From NCBI GenBank assembly GCA_034669905.1, contig JAXMOL010000016.1, forward strand, positions 32,001 to 96,000: DNA of 64,000 nt, in the 5' to 3' direction. The first letter of the stretch is position 1; each line of letters opens with the position of its first letter. Below are positions 10,873 through 19,934 of this stretch, piece by piece. The translations under genes were made by a program, and so were the position numbers. The stretch is from Candidatus Hydrogenedentota bacterium (GTDB lineage Bacteria > Hydrogenedentota > Hydrogenedentia > Hydrogenedentales > JAEUWI01). The notes beneath the pieces are model-generated. The model was not told where the DNA came from. It made no database searches and saw only the letters and a program-made list of their open reading frames with translations.

Positions 10873-11124
10873 GTGAAAAAGAAGAAGCTACTGAGAAAGC
10901 TACTGCTCAGTTCAAAAAACGCCCGCTTTGCGGACATCGTAATCTGCGCCGAGTCCTTCGGCTTCCGACTCGACCGCATCAATGGAAGCCATCATATATT
11001 TGTCCACCCGGACATCCCAGAACTATTGAATCTTCAGAATGTCAATGGCCAGGGAAAACCCTATCAAATTAAGCAGCTTCTTCGATTGGTAGAGACCCAC
11101 AACCTCCAGATGAGGGAAGATTGA
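10873..11124 (+). CDS. hicA: HicA-family toxin
   Basis: GF-x-LDRINGSHHIF and KPYQIKQ; GTG start after GGAGG. Confidence 0.88.
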   Translation: MKKKKLLRKLLLSSKNARFADIVICAESFGFRLDRINGSHHIFVHPDIPELLNLQNVNGQGKPYQIKQLLRLVETHNLQMRED

Positions 11125-11342
11125 TGAGTGATTATCATATCAACATTTTCTATAGCGATGACGATGCGGGGTACATCGCAGACATTCCGGATCTCACCCA
11201 TTGCTCCGCATTCGGAAATTCACCGGTAGAGGCACTGGAAGCCGTTCTGTGCGCCAAGGAGAGTTGGCTTGCCGCCGCACGGGACAACAATAAACCCATC
11301 CCCCCCCCGGAATTCAGGCCAGCGATTTATCAGGTGGCATAA
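11124..11342 (+). CDS. hicB: Short HicB-family antitoxin (no C-terminal DNA-binding domain)
   Basis: YIADIPDLTHCSAFGNSPVEAL...WL...PIPPP; TGATG coupling to hicA. Confidence 0.88.
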   Translation: MSDYHINIFYSDDDAGYIADIPDLTHCSAFGNSPVEALEAVLCAKESWLAAARDNNKPIPPPEFRPAIYQVA

Positions 11343-12109
11343 ATTTCACCCTGCGAATTCCCCTTCTTCATCCGCCAGAAAATATGCAGACTACTCGTCG
11401 GGCATACCCCCGCGACCCCCGGACCAATGCGCGCAAACAAGCGCTGCAACCGAAACTGAATCGCTTCCGGCGTCTTCGGGTGATCCACCCACGGAAACAA
11501 TCCCAGGCCGACCTCCGCACCATGGCCGATGCCCGTTATGTTGGTAAAACCGGCCGTTCCATAAAGGCGACGCACAAACCAGGGCGTCAACGGTTGCTCC
11601 AACTCCTGGGGCTGCCAATGACCAAAGGGTGCCCACGTGTTTTTCTCATACCAGCCGAGCCCTTCGTAGACTTTCTTTACCACCCCCGCCACGTTGCCAT
11701 AGTTGGGCGCACTGAGAAAGTAGACACCACCGGGCTTGAGCACCCGAAAAAACTCTGTGGCGGCCGCGGCAGGTTGGGGAAAGTGCTCCGACGCGTCGAT
11801 GCAAAACACGGTATCCATACTACCATCGGGGAAGGGCAGTCGGGCGGCATCGGCGCGCACCAGGGGAAAGCCTCCTCGGGTGATGACGAAATCGGCACCG
11901 ATGTAGGTGCCGCCCCGGGCCTTCACCACCTCTTCCACGAAACCACGGCCACACCCCACATCGAGGACCCGCTTGCCGGCCACCTCAATGCCGAGCTTGC
12001 CCAGCACCGCCTCCAACAGGGTGGCATTGATGCCATCGACCCCACCGAAAGGCGAACTCACCATCCGGGGATTGTCACGGTAGAATTGTTGAATGGAATC
12101 ATCGGGCAT
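11330..12109 (-). CDS. Class I SAM-dependent methyltransferase
   Basis: RVLDVGCGRG, ADAARLPFPDGS, RVLKPGG. ATG at 12109 after GGAGA. Confidence 0.9.
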   Translation of the reverse strand: MPDDSIQQFYRDNPRMVSSPFGGVDGINATLLEAVLGKLGIEVAGKRVLDVGCGRGFVEEVVKARGGTYIGADFVITRGGFPLVRADAARLPFPDGSMDTVFCIDASEHFPQPAAAATEFFRVLKPGGVYFLSAPNYGNVAGVVKKVYEGLGWYEKNTWAPFGHWQPQELEQPLTPWFVRRLYGTAGFTNITGIGHGAEVGLGLFPWVDHPKTPEAIQFRLQRLFARIGPGVAGVCPTSSLHIFWRMKKGNSQGEIYAT

Positions 12110-12200
12110 AGTAGATTCTCCCGCAAAATAGCGCCGCCGTAGATCCCGTTTTCTTCGCGAAGGTAGCGCGCCAACAACGCGAATACGGTAGGCGATGGCA

Positions 12201-12232
12201 CCCACTGGATTCCCACCTTCGTGGGAATGACG
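12201..12232. repeat. Single (half) copy of the RS3/REP-like palindrome
   Basis: CTGGATTCCCACCTTCGTGGGAATGAC, the same family as 40712, 59043 and 62805. Confidence 0.75.
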
Positions 12233-12283
12233 GCCCCTCCCCCGCGCTCAATGCTGCAGGCTGCCTGGTTTGTCCTTCCATGC

Positions 12284-13165
12284 TCAGTACCACACCATTT
12301 TCCGGGCGAAACGGCTGCCCATGTAAACCGCGACGGGGCGCAGCGCGGGGTAACACCACTCGGCGCTGTTCCGCAGACTGCCCCGTTTCACTTCACGGAG
12401 CCACTGCACATATTTCCGGGGGCTGGCCAGGTCGGCAAGGAGATCGCCCTCGTGATAGGCGCACCCCATCTCGCGGAGGGCCAGGCCTTCATTCCGACAA
12501 CGGCGATAGACGCCCTTAAGGGTGTAGTTGTGGTGGTGTAAAACCGGCGCATCATCGGGGAACGCGATGGGTATGCCCGCGCCGTGGAGCTTCATCTGAA
12601 ATCCGAAGTCTTCCCCCGTGGCCTGGGGCTCAATACCGAGCCCCTCCCATACGGAGCGGCGCACTGCCGTATTGGCGAAAGACAGGCCCTTGCCGTAGCG
12701 CGCCGTAAACTTGCCGATCTCCCGGGTGAAGTAATAGTAGCCGTTTTTCTCCCACTGAAACTGAGGGAATTCCCGTTCCGGATCGGGTATAGACGACCCG
12801 CAAGACACCCCTACATCGGGGTCTTCGAGGGGGGCCACCAGGCGGGCCAGCCAATCGGACCCTGCAGGCACGGCATCCTGCGAGAGGCTGACCATGATGG
12901 CCCCCTGGGATTCCTGAAACATGCGCTCCCGAAGTCGTCCCCAGTCAAAGGTCGCCTGGTCGATATGGACGATGCGGAGGGGATGTTCCGCCAGGACTTC
13001 CAGCGTGCCATCGGTCGAGCCGGAGTCAAAGGCGAGCACCTCAAAGGGTACGTCAATATCCTGGGCGAAGACTTGTTCAAGGGCCCGACGGAGCAAGACG
13101 CCGCCGTTGCGGCAAGGGATGGCGACGGTAATATTCGGGGTAGACTGAGATGCTAAGGGGGACAT
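12284..13165 (-). CDS. Glycosyltransferase family 2 (rhamnosyltransferase-like)
   Basis: VAIPCRNG, DSGSTDGT, LSQDAVP, GEDF, VLHHHNY. Start approximate. Confidence 0.9.
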   Translation of the reverse strand: MSPLASQSTPNITVAIPCRNGGVLLRRALEQVFAQDIDVPFEVLAFDSGSTDGTLEVLAEHPLRIVHIDQATFDWGRLRERMFQESQGAIMVSLSQDAVPAGSDWLARLVAPLEDPDVGVSCGSSIPDPEREFPQFQWEKNGYYYFTREIGKFTARYGKGLSFANTAVRRSVWEGLGIEPQATGEDFGFQMKLHGAGIPIAFPDDAPVLHHHNYTLKGVYRRCRNEGLALREMGCAYHEGDLLADLASPRKYVQWLREVKRGSLRNSAEWCYPALRPVAVYMGSRFARKMVWY

Positions 13166-13292
13166 GACATTCCTATTTGAACTTGACCAAGCAACCGCCA
13201 CGACTATACCGCGCATGGCATACACCATCCAAGCCGAGAGAAAAAGTAGCGATGCGTTGAGTAGACCCTACGCCCTTGTGTAAGCTCTGGCC

Positions 13293-14642
13293 ATGAAAGC
13301 TGCTTCTCCCTCACCACAACGCGCCCTCCTCAGCGTAGCGCTCCTTTGGCTCGTGCCGGGATTCGTCGTGATGGACTCCCTGCTTGCCGGGGTGTTTGCT
13401 TCCTGGCGGCCGTACGGTACCATCGAGCACGGACTCCTGGCCTTTTTCGGGGTGTGGCTCCTCGGGCTCCTCTGCCTCTGTTCAGAAAGGATACGGCACC
13501 GTCTGGGGCGAAGCTGGCGCGAACTGCTGCTGGTCACGACCATTTCCCTCGTGGGCTGGGCTGGCCTTGAATGGGGGGCCCATGTGGTGGAACAACAACG
13601 CAATCCCCGCGCTCCTTTTCATACCCGTGGCACCAACATCCACTATACCCGCCAGATAAGCAGCCCCCATGTCGTCGGAATTGCCGGCGTTTCCCACTTC
13701 ACCACCGGGCCACGGGGCATCCGCGCAACAAAACGGCCAACCGCGCAGCAACACACCCGCATCCTTTGTATCGGCGGCAGTACGACGGAATGCGTCTACC
13801 TGGACGACGAAGAGACCTGGCCAGCGCTGTTGGAAAAACAATTAAACGTTGCTCACCAGGAGGACGATATCTGGGTCGGAAACGTGGGGATCAGTGGCTT
13901 CTATACGCGGGAACATCTCCAGTTTGTGCAGCAATCCCCACTGCTGAACGGCACGACGGTGCTGGTGGTCCAGCCCGGTATCAATGACCTGTGGCGCTTT
14001 CTGGCACAGGAAGAGCTCTACACGAATTTTGGACGTTTTGAAGCGGTGAACGGACCGCCAGAAAATGAAAAGGCGCCCCCAACCTATCGTCCGCTCTGGA
14101 CCCGGTCACGGGTCATTCAGCTTTATCACACCCTGCATGCCGCGCCCCCGCCGCTGGCCATCCAGGAAGGCGTCGGCGGCATGGAGTACCAAATCCGCCG
14201 AGAACGGCGGGCAGCCGCCACGCTGGTTCAAAAACTTCCCGACCTGAGTGCGGGTATTGCGGGCTACCGGCAGCGGATTCTGGCCATCATAGACGCCTGC
14301 GCAAAAGCGGATCTTCCCGTCCTGTTCACCACCCAGCCCGTGCTTTGGCGCGATGATTTGCCGCCGGACCTTGCGGCGCGCTGCTGGTTTGGCTGGTTGA
14401 CCGACGACCGCTATCTGACCCTGGGGGCGCTACGCACGGCCATGGACCAGTACAACGCCGCCCTGCTGGAGGCCTGTCAGGAAAAAAACGTTCCGTGTGT
14501 GGACCTTTCCCCCATGAACGGCGACGAACGGTGCTTCTACGATGATTGCCACTTCACCGAAGCGGGTGCCGTCGAAGTAGCCCGACGGCTCGCACCGACA
14601 TTGGCATCGGTACTTGATGAGATTAAACCGATCACCCACTAG
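13293..14642 (+). CDS. Membrane-anchored SGNH/GDSL hydrolase
   Basis: About three N-terminal TM helices; blocks GGSTT, GISG, GINDL, DDCHFT. Confidence 0.88.
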   Translation: MKAASPSPQRALLSVALLWLVPGFVVMDSLLAGVFASWRPYGTIEHGLLAFFGVWLLGLLCLCSERIRHRLGRSWRELLLVTTISLVGWAGLEWGAHVVEQQRNPRAPFHTRGTNIHYTRQISSPHVVGIAGVSHFTTGPRGIRATKRPTAQQHTRILCIGGSTTECVYLDDEETWPALLEKQLNVAHQEDDIWVGNVGISGFYTREHLQFVQQSPLLNGTTVLVVQPGINDLWRFLAQEELYTNFGRFEAVNGPPENEKAPPTYRPLWTRSRVIQLYHTLHAAPPPLAIQEGVGGMEYQIRRERRAAATLVQKLPDLSAGIAGYRQRILAIIDACAKADLPVLFTTQPVLWRDDLPPDLAARCWFGWLTDDRYLTLGALRTAMDQYNAALLEACQEKNVPCVDLSPMNGDERCFYDDCHFTEAGAVEVARRLAPTLASVLDEIKPITH

Positions 14643-14822
14643 TGAACCTGTCTCTGCCCCGGGTTCAGGTGGATCACCGCCCTCTGAATCTGTGACAATA
14701 CGGGTCCCACCCGGAAGTCACCTTCCTCATTCTTCTGTGCCCTCGGTGTGCATAGGGGTGGTATCTACCAGGCAATCACGGCGGGCAACCGCGTTTACTT
14801 TATCTGCAGGAGCATATCCCGA

Positions 14823-16193
14823 ATGGCAACGAAAGAATTTCCCCTGACGCCCGAAGAAGTACCCCCCGTCAATACCGCACACCGGAAAATCTGCACGGCC
14901 CTGCCCGCGCCGTCTTCCATTCCCACGCTGGAACGCCTGCGCGCCATCGAGCCCCGCAGTATGGGCGGCCAGCCCCCCATCCTCTGGGATCACGGCCATG
15001 GTGAATACATCAACGACGCCGATGGCAACCAGTGGATCGACTTTTCCAGTGGTGTGCTCGTTACTTCCAGTGGACACGGTCGTCCGGAAATCTGTGAGGC
15101 CATCACGGCCATGGCAAAGAAGGGCATGTATTATGCCTACGCCTTTCCCACGGAAATTCGCGCCCAGCTTATCGAAGAAATTCAGAGCTATCTTCCCGAG
15201 CCCCTGAAACGGGTCTTCCTCCTGACCACCGGCTCGGAAGCCACCGAGTGCTGCATCAAGCTCGCACGGACCAAAGGTATGCAGGTAGGCGGCAAGGACA
15301 AATCGGTCCTCGTCTCCTTCAGCCACGCCTTCCACGGCCGCACCATGGGCTCCCAGTTCGCCGGTGGTATCCCCGGCCTGAAGACGTGGATGGGCGACCT
15401 CGACCCCCGCTTCGTCACCGTGCCCTTCCCCGATGGCTACCGTCAGGAAGATGTCAGCTTCCAGGTCTTTGAAGACGCCCTCGCGGCCCAGGGCATCAAA
15501 CCCGAAAACGTGTGCGGTGTGATGAGCGAAACCTTCCAGGGCTGCAACGCCACCCTCATGCCGGCACCCTATGCCCAGGCCCTCCGCACGTGGTGTGACA
15601 AACACCAGGCCGTCCTCATCTTTGACGAAGTTCAGGCGGGCTTTGGCCGGGCCGGTAAGGCCTTCGGCTTCCAGCACCTCGGTGTGGTCCCCGATTTGGC
15701 CGCGTGCGGTAAAGGCATTTCCGGTGGTACAGCCCTCTCCGCCGTCGTCGGCACCGAAGAGCTCATGACCATGTATGGTCCCGGCGAAATGACCAGCACC
15801 CACTCGGCCAATGCCATCTCGGCGGCCGGTGCCCTGGCCAATCTCCAGGTCGTCAAGAAAGATGGCCTTATCGAGAATGCTGCCAATCTCGAAGCAGTCT
15901 TGAAGGAAGGTGCGGAAGCCATCGCCGCCGCATCCAAAGGCCGTATCGGCGCCCATGACGCCGTGGGCCTCGTCTGCTCCCTCCAGTGTCGCCCCACCGA
16001 CTCCGGCACGGACCCCGACCCCGACCTCGCGTGGCACATCGTCTACGAATGCTACAAGCGCGGCCTCCTGCTCTTCGCCCCCGTAGGCGTCGGCGGTGGT
16101 GCCGTCAAGATTTGCCCGCCGCTGGTCATCAAAGAAGACGCCCTCCGCGAGGGCCTGGCCGTGATTGAAGAAGTGGTTAAAGAGCTCGTGTAA
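14823..16193 (+). CDS. Class III PLP-dependent aminotransferase (GabT/ArgD-like)
   Basis: TGSEATE, FHGRTMG, LIFDEVQAGFGRAG, GKGISGG. ATG at 14823 after AGGAG. Confidence 0.93.
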   Translation: MATKEFPLTPEEVPPVNTAHRKICTALPAPSSIPTLERLRAIEPRSMGGQPPILWDHGHGEYINDADGNQWIDFSSGVLVTSSGHGRPEICEAITAMAKKGMYYAYAFPTEIRAQLIEEIQSYLPEPLKRVFLLTTGSEATECCIKLARTKGMQVGGKDKSVLVSFSHAFHGRTMGSQFAGGIPGLKTWMGDLDPRFVTVPFPDGYRQEDVSFQVFEDALAAQGIKPENVCGVMSETFQGCNATLMPAPYAQALRTWCDKHQAVLIFDEVQAGFGRAGKAFGFQHLGVVPDLAACGKGISGGTALSAVVGTEELMTMYGPGEMTSTHSANAISAAGALANLQVVKKDGLIENAANLEAVLKEGAEAIAAASKGRIGAHDAVGLVCSLQCRPTDSGTDPDPDLAWHIVYECYKRGLLLFAPVGVGGGAVKICPPLVIKEDALREGLAVIEEVVKELV

Positions 16194-16210
16194 TTCAAAA
16201 AGTAAGTACG

Positions 16211-16247
16211 GCCCGGATGCGCCCCAAGCGTATCCGGGCTTTTATTT
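16211..16247 (+). terminator. Rho-independent terminator
   Basis: GCCCGGATGCGC-cccaa-GCGTATCCGGGC followed by TTTTATTT. Confidence 0.8.
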
Positions 16248-16473
16248 GGTTCATGACCCATTACCGGGGAATTTCATCTGGGAAAGGTGGCTTGGGAAAA
16301 TTGGTCGTGCCGCGCGATCCCCAAAAGGCGAGTATCAACGAGTCCTGACGGGTTCGTGCGTAGGGCGTCGCACCAAACGTTCAACGGGCCTCCTCAACGA
16401 CCATTATTTCTCCCCAGGCGCACGAACCCTCGTGCCTCGGGATCGCGCGGCACGTTCGAACAGTCTAATGGCC

Positions 16474-17157
16474 CTATTTCAAGATCGCTAGTCGCGGTCC
16501 GCCCCGCCGCAACAGCGACTCCAGCGGGCATCCCGCGCAATTGGGCTTTGTCTTGCAGAAATCTTTCCCCGTCCACACGATGAGTCCGTGGTACTCCTTG
16601 AAATAGGCCACGTCCGCTTCCAGATTGTTCTCGAAAAAGGCGCGGAGTTCCTCGTACTTGATGTCGTGGGGCACCAGGCCGTGGCGACTGAATATGCGGC
16701 GGGTATAGGCATCCACCACGAAGACGGCTTTTTCACAGGCGTATAGCAAGATGTCATCGGCGGTTTCGGGGCCGATGCCCTTGAGGGACAACAACTCCGG
16801 GCGGAGCTCCTCCAGGGGGCGTTTCGCCATCCGCTTCACGCTGCCCCCATAGTGGTCGACCAGGTGTTGGGTGAAGAGGCGGACCCGGATGGCTTTCTGC
16901 CGAAAGTACCCTGACGGGCGCAGGGCGGACTCCAGCGCTTCTGTGTCTGCTGCGAGGAGGCGTTTGGGCGTGAGCAGGTTCTCCCGCTTGAGATTGACGA
17001 TGGCCTTTTCCACATTGGTCCATGCGGTGTTTTGCGTGAGGATAGCTCCCAGGCAGATCTCGAAGGGCGTGTCGCCTGGCCACCAATGGGTGGTCCCGTG
17101 GTGACGGGCCATGTGGTCGAAGTAGTTGATGAGGGAGGTGTTGGTGCGTTTGTTCAT
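16474..17157 (-). CDS. Endonuclease III-related HhH-GPD protein
   Basis: WWPGDTPFE, GAILTQNTAWTNV, LKGIGPETAD, VVDAYTRR; C-terminal Cys cluster. Confidence 0.9.
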   Translation of the reverse strand: MNKRTNTSLINYFDHMARHHGTTHWWPGDTPFEICLGAILTQNTAWTNVEKAIVNLKRENLLTPKRLLAADTEALESALRPSGYFRQKAIRVRLFTQHLVDHYGGSVKRMAKRPLEELRPELLSLKGIGPETADDILLYACEKAVFVVDAYTRRIFSRHGLVPHDIKYEELRAFFENNLEADVAYFKEYHGLIVWTGKDFCKTKPNCAGCPLESLLRRGGPRLAILK

Positions 17158-17227
17158 AACAACCGGGTTTGGCTCCCTTTCGACTCTCGGGTTACTGCTG
17201 CTGGCATCCCGCTGCCTTCTGTTCCCG

Positions 17228-17290
17228 GAGCGTGCGACGTGACAGGTCGCAGACGCGCCGGAGGCGTGCTGGAAGTCTGTCCCACATTAG
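17228..17290. repeat. REP-like element, inverted partner of 19604-19666
   Basis: About 63 bp, nearly identical to the reverse complement of 19604-19666. Confidence 0.85.
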
Positions 17291-17360
17291 TGCGCGATGG
17301 ATAGCTGCGCCTGCTGTGTTCGGTACGAAACGCGCTCCTGGTCTGTCGATAGTTGTATTC

Positions 17361-17888
17361 TCAACTTTGCTTTCGGTAGTGATTCTTCACCAGACCGCTT
17401 TTGAAGACTACCGTGTTCACATGGTCGAAGCGAATTGGCCCGTCCAGGTCGCCAAAGAGGGGGATGCCCTTCCCGAGTAGAATGGGCAGTTGGGTTACAA
17501 TCAGCTCGTCGATGAGGTCGTCGCGCAGGGCCTGCTGAATGACCTTTCCTCCGTCTATATAGAGGTTTTCATACCCGCGCTCGGCAAGATTCTTCACCAC
17601 CTCGGGGAGGGGGCCGCGACACAGTTGCACCTTGTCCGCATGAGATGGGGGCACCTCGGTCATGGTGTTGCTGATCACGAATACAGGCTTGGTATAGAAC
17701 CATTCATTCATGCCCGCCACCACGTCGAAAGAATTGCGCCCCATGAGCAGGGCGTCGATGCCGGCCATGAAGTCAGCAAACCCGTGGTCACCGTCATCGG
17801 GATGGCTTCGCTCCTCCAGCCAATCAATCTCGCCGTTTGGTCCGGCGATGTAGCCGTCCAGGCTTGCGCCTACGTAGACATAGTTCAT
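17361..17888 (-). CDS. Dihydrofolate reductase-like (RibD C-terminal domain) protein
   Basis: SLDGYIA, LLMGRNSF, IDGG, PILLGKGIPLF. Confidence 0.92.
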   Translation of the reverse strand: MNYVYVGASLDGYIAGPNGEIDWLEERSHPDDGDHGFADFMAGIDALLMGRNSFDVVAGMNEWFYTKPVFVISNTMTEVPPSHADKVQLCRGPLPEVVKNLAERGYENLYIDGGKVIQQALRDDLIDELIVTQLPILLGKGIPLFGDLDGPIRFDHVNTVVFKSGLVKNHYRKQS

Positions 17889-18236
17889 CGAAATTCCTTG
17901 CGCGACACCCACGCCCGCTGACGTCGGTGCGTTCTGTGTTTGCTATCCGCACTCCGATTCCTGTCGCGGTTATAGCATGACGCCCCTGTGCAGTGCTATC
18001 CGGAACTGGCGGTCAATGTGAATTGACCCAAGGGGACGTGTTGAACTGCTACCATGTACAATAGATAGCGCATCCTGACTCAGCAACCGTACAAACAGGT
18101 GGGCCAACCACGAATGGACACAAATCTACACGAATCGGAGAGCGGTCCCCGGACATATCCCTGCGGCCAGACAGAATGGAATACCAAGTCAACAGGCGAG
18201 AGACTTTCAGTCCGTACTTCGCGGGCGCTCTATGCG

Positions 18237-18752
18237 ATGCTGCTAACGACGGCACTTTGTCTGCTCGGTGCCTGCAATGGGAGAAACGCGGCCACGGCAA
18301 CACTAGACAATACAGCGCGCCAGGAACGCATCGATTCCCTCTACCAGCGCTACCGCAAATCTTTCCCTGACGTCAATGAAGTCAGCCCCCAGGGCGTCTT
18401 GGATCTCCAGAACGCGGAACCCACCATCCTCGTGGATGTACGCACCCCCGCCGAGCAAGCCGTCTCCATGTTACCCGGGGCCATCACGCAGGACGCCTTC
18501 GAAGCGGCGCGGGAACTCTATGCGGACAAGGCCATTGTGACCTACTGCACCATCGGCGCACGGAGTGGAGAATTCGCCGAGGAATTGCGGCAGGAAGGGC
18601 TTGAGGTCTTTAATCTCAAGGGCAGTATCTTGTCCTGGACCCAGGCGGGCCTGCCCCTGGTGGACGCAGAAGGAAATGAGACCAAGCGGGTGCACACCTA
18701 TGGCCGAAAATGGGACCTGGTCGGCGAAGGATACGAAGCAGTTTACAATTGA
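18237..18752 (+). CDS. Rhodanese-like domain lipoprotein
   Basis: Lipobox LGAC; DVRTPAE and YCTIGARS. Start uncertain; the frame is open from 18099 through a repeat. Confidence 0.85.
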   Translation: MLLTTALCLLGACNGRNAATATLDNTARQERIDSLYQRYRKSFPDVNEVSPQGVLDLQNAEPTILVDVRTPAEQAVSMLPGAITQDAFEAARELYADKAIVTYCTIGARSGEFAEELRQEGLEVFNLKGSILSWTQAGLPLVDAEGNETKRVHTYGRKWDLVGEGYEAVYN

Positions 18753-18798
18753 GAGTTGACAGTTGAAAGTTGAAAGTTGGTTTAGGCCATCCTAAATC

Positions 18799-18952
18799 GT
18801 CCACTGTCCACTGTCCACTGTCCACTGTCCACTGTCCACTGTCCACTGTCCACTGTCCACTGTCCACTGTCCACTGTCCACTGTCCACTGTCCACTGTCC
18901 ACTGTCCACTGTCAACTGTCCACTGTCCACTGTCCACTGTCCACTGTCAACG
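18799..18952. repeat. Heptamer tandem repeat (GTCCACT)x22
   Basis: 20 perfect units plus GTCAACT and a terminal GTCAACG. Faces a short AGTTGA[G/C/A] array at about 18747-18780. Confidence 0.98.
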
Positions 18953-19498
18953 GCTCACTTTGCGATCGTACTGCAGAATCGCCATGATGCTGAAGGCATC
19001 GTTGATTTCTCCCCGGTCCACCATAGCGACCGCTTCGGCCCAGGGCACGGTTTTCACCTGAAGCTCCTCCGTGCCCTCCGGTGACGCGCCGACGTGATGG
19101 AGTCCACGGGCCACATAGAGAAATCCCCGTTCCGACGAGTGGCAGTTGGTCAGGTGCAGTTCATGGCCCAAGGGCTCCCAATGATCGGCCCGCAACCCGG
19201 CTTCTTCCTGGAGTTCCCGCTTACAGGCTTCCATGGGGTCTTCCCCCACTTCCGCCCCGCCTTCGATAATTTCCCAGGAATAGCAGCCCAACGCATAGCG
19301 ATATTGCCCCACGAGATAGATTTCATCGGCCTCGGTCAGGGCAATCACCCCCGTGGCCACCCGGCAATCCACGACACCATAAATTCCCGGCTTGCCGTCG
19401 GGACGTATTACCTGATCCTCCCGAACGGTAATCCAGGGGTTTTCATACTTCACTTCGCTGGAGAGGGTTTTCCAGGGATTGCGTTCGGGGTCGTGCAT
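18947..19498 (-). CDS. Nudix hydrolase (ADP-ribose pyrophosphatase-like)
   Basis: Nudix box GGAEVGEDPMEACKRELQEEAGL; LVGQYRY. Confidence 0.93.
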   Translation of the reverse strand: MHDPERNPWKTLSSEVKYENPWITVREDQVIRPDGKPGIYGVVDCRVATGVIALTEADEIYLVGQYRYALGCYSWEIIEGGAEVGEDPMEACKRELQEEAGLRADHWEPLGHELHLTNCHSSERGFLYVARGLHHVGASPEGTEELQVKTVPWAEAVAMVDRGEINDAFSIMAILQYDRKVSR

Positions 19499-19603
19499 GG
19501 GAGGGTTAAACCTTCACTTGGTGACTTCGGATAATTTCACACGAATACGGTCCGTCGCTTCGCTTCGGTCCACTCAGGTGCATCGTGACGGTAGGCACGG
19601 CGG

Positions 19604-19666
19604 CTAAAGTGGGATAGGCTTCCAGCCCGCCTCCGGCGCGTCTGCGACCTGTCACGTCGCTCGCTC
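19604..19666. repeat. REP-like element, inverted partner of 17228-17290
   Basis: GTGGGATAGGCTTCCAGCCCGCCTCCGGCGCGTCTGCGACCTGTCAC. Confidence 0.85.
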
Positions 19667-19831
19667 AAAGCCACCAATAGTGCAGGACGCCACGAGGGGC
19701 CCCTTGGAATTGGGTAGCGAGCACCCCACCACCTCGCGCTATCCGGCATAGCGTGGTCGCCTCATGTCAGCCTGGAAGGCGAACCCACTTTGGCGCACCT
19801 TCAATCACTTGGATGTGCTTCTCTCGGGAAA

Positions 19832-19906
19832 CCCGGTGGACGGTGTGGACTTGGTGGACTATGTGGACATGTTTATCTGTCCACCTTGTCCACGACATCC
19901 ACCGGG
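19832..19906. repeat. Imperfect palindrome built of 9-nt GTGGAC units, downstream of acs
   Basis: Four GTGGAC-nnn units followed by three inverted (G/A)TCCAC units. Confidence 0.8.
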
Positions 19907-19934
19907 CCTGACGTTCCTTCAAGAGAAATTAACG

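Noticed and set aside
18799..18952. Possible CRISPR array, or the ORFs 18616..18930 and 18770..19084
   Set aside because: Pure 7-bp tandem repeat with no spacers and no cas genes; the ORFs are just translations of the repeat.
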